Shown here in pieces: positions 56,601 to 64,000 of a stretch of 64,000 nucleotides of DNA. Both the position numbers and the translations under genes were made by a program. Under the pieces are notes generated by a model, which saw only the letters and a list, made by a program, of their open reading frames with translations, ran no database searches and had not been told where the DNA came from. The stretch is from Ascidiella aspersa (Eukaryota): assembly GCA_963924565.1 (NCBI GenBank), contig OZ004608.1, positions 10,044,001 to 10,108,000 on the forward strand. The letters run 5' to 3'. The stretch's first letter is position 1. Each line of letters opens with the position of its first letter.

Positions 56601-58955
56601 TTGAAAATTAGTAAAATTCTTATTGCTAAATGCGACAATAGAAAAAAAATTGTACACAATTGTCACCTCCATATGAAAAAGCGTTTCGCTTTTTAATACA
56701 TTTGTACAGCTTATAAAATCTACTGCTTTAATAACTTATATCCAACCCTCAAGAATGTAAATGTTCTCGTGGCGCATGACTGCTAACTTGATCCCTACCT
56801 TTACTTAAAACCATTTTCTCCTGTTTTTAGGAAGGACTCCTTCAAATTCACTCTTTTCCACGGAACGAAAGCGTACTTCGTGAATGAGATCAAAATCAGG
56901 TGAGCGTTTTTCTTTGTCCGTTGTATTTCGTTGATTTAACGAAGAATGCATGTTATGCTGGCCACTACGTGCATTGCGCGAACAGCTTATTTTCGGACAT
57001 TGTCCCTGAAAGGGCTCCTCGATTTTACTGACTTGATTTTATTGGCGATAAAGCGATAGAAAACAGGCGAAAAAAATAAGTAAAAAGACTGGGTAGAAAA
57101 GGAACGACATCAAAAATTTACGCCATTTCTTTGTATGTTAATCATAGCTTTTGTTTCGTTTACTGAGTACTGACATTTTAGGGTACAATATACAAATATA
57201 GTTGTTATAAGCAGGAATGTCTGAAACTTGAAAAAATGGTAGTTAACCTTGTTGTTTTTTGGTAATTTACCTCCAAGGTAAATACTGCATTCTATGGCAA
57301 ATCATGGCTGAATACCTATAAATTTTGGTTTTGGAGCGGCACCGATACCGTCCTAGTATCGGTAGGTACCTAAGTACCGACACTACCAGTCGGCATAAGG
57401 TATCGGCTTCGGTCCGATATTATCGGACATCCCTATTGATAAGGCTCTTATTTTAGGTAAACTCTTTTATTTTGGCTCCATAAATATTAAAATCGAGTAC
57501 ACAACGACATACCGTTTACAAGTTCCAATTCTGACCGACAAACCTTGTCGCCAAACGTTAGCTCAGTTCGTACAAATTTAGCGCAAGGCCACATGGCAAC
57601 ACCGTTCAAGAACAAGTCAAGAACAGGGAAGAATACGAACATAGTCTCAGGCTCCTTGATTTTCTTTACCACTATATTTTGTTTACAGTCCATACGAAAT
57701 TGTTTTATATGCAAAATTTTGGATCAATAGCACTCACCCCAAAATCACATTGACCAAATTCTACAACACTGGTATCCAAGTCCCTAGACCCGACCAAAAC
57801 CAAGATACTCAATTTTTTTTTTTTTTTTTTACATAAATTCTTTTGTTTTATGACAATAGCAAAATACCAGTGGGCGAGTGGAGCCATCTTGTGGTGACGT
57901 GGAGTCCAAGTTTGGGCGCCAAGGTCTACATCAACGGCAACGAAGCGGGAATTCCCCATTCCTACTCGTTGTTCCACAAGTTCGAAGCGAAGGCGAAGTC
58001 GCCCAAGTTCTACCTGGGCCAGAACACCTACGGAAACAGCTGGAGAAGAGGTAAAGACTATTTTCCGAGTTGCGCATCTGTTTTGGAATTTCCACAGCTT
58101 TTTTTTTGGAGAACAACTGTCGCGTTAAGACGCCATAACAATTTTAGAAACTGCATTTTTTTTACCTCGCTGGAAAGAACGCCTCAGTTGCATCAACTGT
58201 GGTGACAATTATTCAAGACTTTTTAGATTTTTTATTTTCAAATCGTTTAAATCCGGTCTAGGATAACTTCAAACTGTCTTCGCACTATTATCGACTACCC
58301 TATAGTGAAGTCAATATGCCGCTAAGAAATGTCGGATTCTATTTTGAATGTATCCACTGTTCCAATATTGTGGCCCGTTGTCCAGAACACTTGCCACTTC
58401 TAGCATCGTATACTCGTCAAAATGAGAATAAATTTTATCGATTACGGCGCCTGGTTAATATAAAAAGAACTGGCAGATATAAGGCGTGTAATTCGTATGA
58501 GATTTGCGTCGCCTTCTGAGAAAACGAAATATATATATATATATCTTTTAAGAGCTATAAAAAAGTGCCTGACATAAATTACTAGCTTTACTAGAGTATT
58601 TTAACTGCTATTGTGCAGTCTAGTTCATATTTTTCCCAAGTTTTCCGATTCATTCTACCTCTGCCATTTCATCGCAGGTTACATAAACGGCAGCCTGTCC
58701 AGCCTCGACTACTTCTCACGCGTCCTAGACACGATCGAGGTCAACGCCCTGCACCAGTTCTACGCCCCTCTCATCGGCCCGGCGAATCCCGACCCCGAAA
58801 TGACCCCGCGCCAGCTGCGTCACTTCGCCCCTCGACAGCTGAACCAGTGCTTCAAGACCCCGTGGACCCTGCAACAGCTCATGGTCACCCCCAATATCTG
58901 CTCTGTTCGTGTCCCTCCGCCCCCACCCTTTACCGTGTTTTCACCTGCTTTTTAA
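20614..58955 (+). CDS. CD109-like thioester-containing protein (A2M/TEP family), long isoform. Exons: 20614-20678, 21628-21782, 21896-21924, 22228-22399, 22508-22701, 22848-22972, 23202-23346, 23478-23708, 23794-23876, 24170-24329, 24638-24811, 25240-25434, 26020-26172, 27486-27608, 28588-28642, [one of 14 bait cassettes], 40223-40337, 41597-41710, 42955-43173, 43876-44020, 44467-44662, 45361-45583, 46336-46416, 46789-46957, 47452-47666, 48147-48305, 49178-49353, 50032-50200, 51089-51194, 51762-51851, (53248-53295), 54862-55047, 55530-55637, 56055-56292, 56831-56899, 57860-58050, 58678-58955
   Basis: Signal peptide [20 protein letters not shown], then A2M-family motifs [66 protein letters not shown] (44523-44537), [49 protein letters not shown] and a terminal Cys cluster [11 protein letters not shown]. 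All junctions are phase-compatible. Confidence 0.93.
20698..20990. mobile_element. Palindromic foldback MITE-like element in the first TEP coding intron
   Basis: Long inverted repeat centred near 20845, e.g. TACCACAACGCATATTGTTTGGGTTAGGGTGCGGGTTAGCGTTTGG versus CCAAACGCTAACCCGCACCCTAACCCAAACAATATGCGTTGTGGTA; outer arms TTTCACTATTGTACGT / ACGTACAATAGTGAAA. Confidence 0.75.
28923..29100 (+). CDS. TEP bait cassette exon 1: [60 protein letters not shown]
   Basis: ttacag acceptor, GG|gtaaat donor, 178 nt (3n+1), open frame. Confidence 0.9.
29361..29544 (+). CDS. TEP bait cassette exon 2: [62 protein letters not shown]
   Basis: ttgcag acceptor, GG|gtaact donor, 184 nt (3n+1). Confidence 0.9.
29846..30002 (+). 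CDS. TEP bait cassette exon 3: [53 protein letters not shown]
   Basis: ttgtag acceptor, GG|gtaatt donor, 157 nt (3n+1). Confidence 0.9.
30147..30321 (+). CDS. TEP bait cassette exon 4: [59 protein letters not shown]
   Basis: gtatag acceptor, GG|gtaatt donor, 175 nt (3n+1). Confidence 0.9.
30714..30891 (+). CDS. TEP bait cassette exon 5: [60 protein letters not shown]
   Basis: ttgtag acceptor, GG|gtaact donor, 178 nt (3n+1). Confidence 0.9.
31358..31538 (+). CDS. TEP bait cassette exon 6 (acidic): [61 protein letters not shown]
   Basis: acgcag acceptor, GG|gtgaga donor, 181 nt (3n+1); not in the supplied ORF track. Confidence 0.88.
32884..33031 (+). CDS. TEP bait cassette exon 7: [50 protein letters not shown]
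   Basis: atccag acceptor, GG|gtatgg donor, 148 nt (3n+1). Confidence 0.88.
33495..33657 (+). CDS. TEP bait cassette exon 8: [55 protein letters not shown]
   Basis: gcgcag acceptor (second in-frame AG 6 nt downstream), GG|gtatat donor, 163 nt (3n+1). Confidence 0.88.
34159..34306 (+). CDS. TEP bait cassette exon 9: [50 protein letters not shown]
   Basis: cggcag acceptor, GG|gtatgt donor, 148 nt (3n+1). Confidence 0.88.
34795..34945 (+). CDS. TEP bait cassette exon 10 (acidic): [51 protein letters not shown]
   Basis: tgtcag acceptor, GG|gtaaaa donor, 151 nt (3n+1); not in the supplied ORF track. Confidence 0.88.
36279..36411 (+). CDS. TEP bait cassette exon 11: [45 protein letters not shown]
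   Basis: tcccag acceptor (alternative in-frame AG ending at 36227), GG|gtaaag donor, 133 nt (3n+1). Confidence 0.85.
36775..36943 (+). CDS. TEP bait cassette exon 12: [57 protein letters not shown]
   Basis: ttgcag acceptor, GG|gtaatc donor, 169 nt (3n+1). Confidence 0.88.
37108..38265 (+). repeat. Degenerate tandem 70-80 bp units with a tRNA T-arm/B-box-like core (AAGGTCGTGAGTTCGAATCTCAC) in the introns after cassettes 12 and 13
   Basis: Repeated GCAATTGCTACGAAATGTCC..GGTCGTGAG(T/C)TCGAAT units near 37110, 37270, 37350, 37430, 37900, 38070 and 38150; a related copy lies at about 55790. Confidence 0.6.
37525..37735 (+). CDS. TEP bait cassette exon 13 (basic, chimeric): [71 protein letters not shown]
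   Basis: ttgcag acceptor, GG|gtaatc donor, 211 nt (3n+1). Confidence 0.88.
38404..38584 (+). CDS. TEP bait cassette exon 14 (polybasic): [61 protein letters not shown]
   Basis: ttgcag acceptor, GG|gtaaaa donor, 181 nt (3n+1). Confidence 0.88.
39205..39522. mobile_element. hAT-type MITE in the intron after the bait array
   Basis: Starts CAGGGGTGGGCAA like the 4030 element and ends TTGCCAGGTCTG; the flanks ATATAAAG / AGCTAAAG resemble a decayed 8-bp TSD. Confidence 0.55.
43151..43490 (+). repeat. Tandem duplication (about 173-bp unit) copying a TEP exon 3' end and its splice donor
   Basis: TTACCAGGGTCGTATACGTCAGG|GTAAGGAT at 43151 recurs as TTACCAGGGTCTTGTACGTCAGG|GTAAGGAT at 43324, with similar downstream intron sequence. 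Confidence 0.7.
47720..48065. repeat. Intronic minisatellite, about 40-bp unit (GAAAATACCTATTTCGCTGCTAGTCCGTTTTG...), roughly 9 degenerate copies
   Basis: Direct repetition visible from about 47720 to 48065. Confidence 0.8.
51762..51979 (+). CDS. Alternative terminal exon form of the TEP: read-through of the 51851/51852 donor encodes a GPI-anchor-like signal [42 protein letters not shown]
   Basis: The frame stays open past CPG|gt with a polar linker, a small-residue cluster (GGSA), a spacer and a hydrophobic tail ending at TAA 51977-51979. Confidence 0.75.
52085..52500. repeat. Degenerate tandem repeat (about 135-bp unit, about 3 copies) downstream of the GPI-isoform stop
   Basis: GTACAATCGCAGTATATGCTTT..AATGTCATGCGG..AAACCGCG..TACATTTT..CTCAAGTAAAGTAAAC..TCATTAACAAC recurs. 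Confidence 0.65.
54545..54810. repeat. Intronic direct duplication (about 155-bp unit)
   Basis: TTAA(A)CCGCCGG.GGTAATTTAAAA ... AAAAAACCT.CGCTT.ACTTGG occurs twice. Confidence 0.6.
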
Positions 58956-60737
58956 AACAAATCACCTGCTTTTTAAAACAAACGAGTCATACCCGAAAGT
59001 CTACCCTTCCATTCCATTTTAACTTCCGCGCGGTGGTCACACTAAAGTTACATCCTTTTTCCAAAATTTGCTTCGCTGCGCGTAAATTTTACTTGATTTT
59101 GGTTTACGTTTGTGCATGTTCATGCCAAAAGTCTTTTACATCATTATTATACGTACTAGCTTTTTATGGCAGTTCTCTGCAGTCTTTTTTTTTTTGAAAA
59201 ACAAACCATTTTCCCGCTTTTATGTCCAGCCTTTTTGCAGTTTTTACTAACCTTTTCTGATTGAGATCCGTCACAATTCGCCGCATGCCAAAATTTAAAA
59301 ATACACGCGTAACATACCCATGTGCATATTACACACTTGGTGATTTTTAACACAAAAAGCCTACGGTGCGAATAGCTAACTTTGAGTGCCTAACACTTTA
59401 CATAAAACCTTGTCGACTGCACGCCAACTGTAGGCGCATAAAAACAAAATAGCAAGCAAAGGTAGGTTCGGAAAAGGTTCCGGTTTTAGAAAGACACTTA
59501 GAACTGTCAAAAAATCTTAATCTAACCTTGTACCTGTTACACACGTTAAAGAGATTTGAAACATGACATCTGAATAGTAATCACTGATAAATAACAACTT
59601 GAAAAAGGTATTTGTTAATTGCTCATGAAAACTAGGCACTATTAAACGAATCAAAATGCAGCCAGATCGTTGACATCAGATAGACCCAACCTACCACATT
59701 CGTAGAAGAGTTTTAAGTGTTTTTCTTAACAAAACAGCCTTCTATTTAAACAGGCTAAATAAACGTGTTAACATGAAAGTCATTTCAACAGCCAGGTGGG
59801 TAATTTAAAACGATTAAGAAGGCAAAGATTTTTAGGAATGGGCGTAATGAAATTTTCAATCTACATTTCCTGTCTGGGGTTAAAAGTCTTGTTTTTAGAA
59901 GTCAAGTTTTAGATATGGCTTTAAAGCAATCTGATTAACGCTATTGAAGTGCTCTGTCTTTGAGACATCAAAAAAACTCGGAGGTGGATATCGACAATGA
60001 CACATCGCTATTAACACTAGCCGAATTATTTACTGAGTTATAATAAGGTTGTATGTTTATAAGGTGATAAAACGAGTCCTGGTCCTGGTCATGACTAAAC
60101 ATCACATAGGGCTAGTTTTGCCACATGATACCGATTTGCGATTACTTGCTAGATTCAGCGAAGACAGTGGATTTATTCCCAGGAAAAGAACACAATAACA
60201 GAGAAGGAAGAAAATCAAACAAAAGCGCTCCGAAAAAGTAGTTTAAACGTAAAAGTCGGAAGCCGATTAACAAAGATAAAAAAACAGTTACAGAGTTCAC
60301 GAAAATGCAAGCAAACAAGAACTATATGGCATCTTTAAATGAGGACATAAATATTTAATTGATTTATCTTTTCGACAAAACACCCACACGAAATTAATAA
60401 TCTTTTCTATCATCGGTTCACAACTAGGCCTTTGGATGTACATTGATATGTAAGAGGTTACGATAGTACAAGTGGTGCACAATAATATCTTTACTTAAAA
60501 CGGTTACAGAGACGGCAGTTCGACAAGTGTGACTCAGTACTGGGAAAAATTTCCTTTATTTTTGAAAAATTTATCGAAATTTTGTTTTTTATCGAAATTT
60601 GAATGTATTGTTCGCAAAAATTTACCAAAAACTATCGGTTATCTGGACAAAATACGAAACAGTGAAGGTACCCAAGTTCGATAAACACCGTAAAGCGCAA
60701 TAGCAGACAACAATTGAACAACGAACGAATAGAAAAT

Positions 60738-63700
60738 CTACGAACTGTCGCTATCGGAAGAACCGAACGTTAGCGTCTCGGCCTCGGCCATCAAAAACGC
60801 GCCCGGCCGCGGCGCCCGACGGATCCTGGCCATGGAAGCGGCCTGGGCGGCCAATGAGTTCGTGAAGCCGATGCCCAGTCCCTTTGTCCATTCTGTATCG
60901 CCTTCCTCGTTTTCCAAAGCTTTGTCTTCAGAAGCGCCTGTTTGTTTGCAATTTTGAGCGTCGGTGATGACGTCATGCATGGGTTTTCGGCGGTGGGTGG
61001 CGGAGGGGGGACGCCCCGGACCGGGGGCCCGCTTTAGGTGGGTGAGGTGGGTTTGTGTTGCTGATGGGTAGGTTTCATAGTCGGAGCTGTTTTCAGTCTT
61101 GCAGTCCAAAGAAATGCGCCCGTTTAAATTGGCAGTGTTACACGTTTCCTTGTTTTTTTGGTTGTTTCGCTGGTTAACGTTGCTTTGAGATCTTGAGGAA
61201 ACGCTGGTTTTGCAGGTAGGAAACTGTTTGGTGGTGAGTGGTAAATGTACAGCACTGTGTCCGTTCATAACGTTTGCGTTCGGTTTGTGGTCTGGCCGAA
61301 TAGTCGACTCTGAATCGCTACCTTTCAAATCAGCACCAGCGTTCGTATCTGGGTTAATCTTCACTAAAGTGCCGTTAGGTTTCATTTCCGTTAAGTCCGA
61401 TATTGTAGGGTTCGCATCCTGTTCTATTCCTCTGCTAGTAGTCGACTCTGAATCGTTACCTTTTAATTCAGTACCAGCGTTTGTAGTTAAGCTTATCTTC
61501 ACAAAAGCGCCGTTAGGTTTCGTTTCTGTTGAGTCCGATGCTCCTACTGTAGGATCAACATTCGGTTCTATTCCTTTGCTAGGAGCGGATCTCATCTTCT
61601 GATCTTCATCCTTGTTCCTCCTTCCCGCTCGAGCAGGGAAGAGCTTCCTCTTCCATTGTTCCCTTTCTTCCTCGGATGTTTTAATCGCCAGCACGGAGCG
61701 AAGTTCCCGCATCACGGTGACCGACTGTATGTTCTTCGCCTTCTTCTGCGCTTCCTCTTGCGTCGCGATATCTTCCGTATCGCGTGTCGCGTCCTCAGTG
61801 TCGGAAGAGCGCTCGTTGGTTACTGCTTCAAATATCTGTGCAAAGACGTAAAAATGGAGAAATGAAAATCTACGTGCTGTGAAAAACTCCTAAACGAAAT
61901 GTTGTCCCAAAATCCAACTTTTAATGTGTACACTAATGGTTCGTTAATATCAATACGTTTTACTTAATGGAAATGAATTGTCAAATTTAATCCTATAAAC
62001 CCCCCCTCCTCCCAGGTTAAGATCCATTGGCCGCTATTATGAAATTACACGCCGAACACTAAAATGTGGTGGGCCTAGGTTGATCATGTTTGATATACAA
62101 AAGCCTCTACGAGCACCTGTTTCACACCTATTATATTTTAAAGAAACAAAGTATTGTCTAGATCAAAAGTCATTGTCTTTTAACTAGGATAAATTCGGTG
62201 GATAATAAGAACGAAATTAGAACCAGCAACGAGTTTGTTGGAGCTTTTATTCTAGAGTCATACATTTCCAAAACAAGCTAACATCGAACAAAGAATAAAT
62301 TAAAATATCCTTACAAGCAGGTAACACATCTTGTTTTAAACAAAATTGTGTTCCGCGTTTAAATAGGTGGGTAAAGCTTATGACTAGAAATATGCGGAAT
62401 AAAAATGAACATTTTTTTCCTAAAAAATACCAACCTCTGTACGTACAACTGATACATTCATGCACACAATAAGTATTCTGTGATCAAGCCCGTTTGGAGT
62501 CGTACTGGCCAACGATAACGGAACTTATATATAGTACAGATTATGACTTTGAAAAGACCGAAATAAGCCTGATCAGGATTAAATTCTGTCCGGACTTTCA
62601 AAACGTACGTTGAAAATTATGTTTAAAATCGAGTTAAATCCAAACTTAACCCAACCTCTCTTAACTATACACAACCCACCTGATCTTCTCCCATGTAATC
62701 GACACTGTCCTCCAGAGACATCACTTCTACCCTTTCCTCTTTGTTGATCTTCCAACCGGAGACGCGTGCTTGATCCTCGCATCCTTTATCCTCCTTAATC
62801 TCGCCTCCTCCTCCCATTAGGAGGATTTGTTCTTCGCAGTGATCCCAGCTCTCGGCGCTGGACGACAGGTGCATGTTGATGGTGGATTGTCGATCTGTCA
62901 TGTTTACAAATATGCAACATAGAGTTTGCTACATTAAAAGGCATTTTTTTGAATATTGCATAAAAATTAAAGATAAATAATTAAATAGGCTCAATAATGC
63001 AAAAGCAAACTTCGGCTTAATATCCTGAAAATCATTACCATTGCACTTTTTTCCAATTGAAGTAGATTAAAATGTTCCGTACATATAAACCGTCACTTAG
63101 TGGTTTACGTTTATAATACGGCATTACGGAGCGCGTTTCAGTCCTGAACGTATAAAAAGCAACAAAATTATCTATATTCCAGGGCAGAGTTGTTCGTGTG
63201 CTAGTGTCAAACAGAAAACCATCACTCTGCGGGATTAAGTGTTTTTTTCAACTGTTTAAAAACCCACAGCGAAGTCCTTAGGTAAATTTTAGTTTGCATG
63301 AATCAAAGTTTTCACTCTTCTCTTCGTAAAAGTCGACTATCTGATATTAATGACTTTTAGTCATGATGCCTGAAATTGTTTCCTTTAAAATTAAAATACA
63401 CGCATGGTCTTTTTTCGGCAATCATTATAAGAGACCTGGATGGTATCAATGCTTTCAAGATGAATGTATAAGCAGGCATTGAAATGTCCGTTTATAACCG
63501 TAAACCAGTCTTACCTGGAGGTATTTTCTTGTGTTGGGCAACGTCATTCTCTAATCGCATCACCCTGGCAAAAAATATTTGGTGAGATGGTAATAGAACT
63601 ATAAACTAGAAACTTGTTTTGTAGTTGCAGAAAATAGCCAAGCTAAAAGCAATAGGCAATCGCAAAACAAATATATAATTTTTATTGATTGAAGTTCCTT

Positions 63701-63885
63701 TTGAGGAAACTCAAGGTATTTCGTCGAATTTTATCAATCCGTGTTTCCGGAAGTATTTCGGCCGATTTAGTTACAAATTTATGACATTTAGACTCTGGGT
63801 GTCACTTACTCGTGCATAGCGGCCCTCAGGTAGACTTGCAGGCTGTGGAGATTGATTGACAGCGCTGTCGGTTTGCCGCTTCCGC
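60738..63885 (-). CDS. VEZT: Vezatin, 3' exons: 63885-63810, 63564-63515, 62894-62680, 61835-60738 (stop); the gene continues beyond the window
   Basis: Phase-consistent exons give LHSLQVYLRAAMHEVMRLE, VMRELRSVLAIKTSEEEREQWKRKLF and terminal FTNSLAAQAA...LTFG, recalled as matching conserved vezatin C-terminal blocks (SLQLHLKALLNEV, VLQELKSVLGFK..ERQKWKQLLF, FTAGLAAEVA..QTFG). Confidence 0.8.
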
Positions 63886-64000
63886 CTGAACAAACAAAAA
63901 GAGATTTTGATCCATTCGAATATAGGTAAAGATAAGCCGATTGGTTTGACGCCATTGGTGGACCTAGCATTTTGACTGAAGATAACCGTCCTGCTTATTT

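Noticed and set aside
61210-61865. Plus-strand ORFs overlapping vezatin, and other antisense or alternate-frame ORFs over GC-rich exons (e.g. 45224-45526, 54717-55220, 58613-59197)
   Set aside because: Shadow frames of real exons with no independent motifs or splice structure.
62665-62901. Treating the ORF starting MTDRQ as the start of a separate minus-strand gene
   Set aside because: The ATG overlaps an acceptor (tgacag), and upstream exons at 63515-63564 and 63810-63885 splice in frame with vezatin-like sequence.

Overview
AT-rich, intron-dense animal genomic DNA. The gene style and a GPI-tailed A2M-family gene suggest an invertebrate chordate such as an ascidian; this is inference, not shown. 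Four spliced genes were reconstructed by hand from GT-AG sites and reading phase: (1) the 3' exons of WDR75/UTP17 (+); (2) a complete DDHD1-like intracellular phospholipase A1 (+, 7971-15362); (3) a 38-kb CD109/alpha-2-macroglobulin-family thioester protein (TEP) gene (+, 20614-58955) with GCGEQ and a catalytic His; (4) the 3' exons of vezatin (-). The standout is inside the TEP gene. The protease bait region is encoded by a tandem array of 14 intact paralogous cassette exons (28923-38584). Each is 3n+1 nt long (phase 1 in, phase 2 out), begins with an aromatic residue completed across the splice junction, and ends in the same R-x-x-F-P-E-[TA]-W-L-W...G segment. Only one can be used per in-frame mRNA, so this is a Dscam-like mutually exclusive bait library with acidic, polybasic, Ala/Val-rich and zymogen-mimic (RIVGG) variants. 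The gene also appears to switch C-termini between a GPI-anchor signal (donor read-through) and a spliced TSP1-like plus LamG/pentraxin-like tail, giving at least 28 possible isoforms. A perfect kappaB-type site lies upstream of its ATG. Cassette 13 is a chimera of cassettes 14 and 12, which records how the array grows. Introns carry hAT-type MITEs, a foldback element, tRNA-derived repeats and minisatellites.
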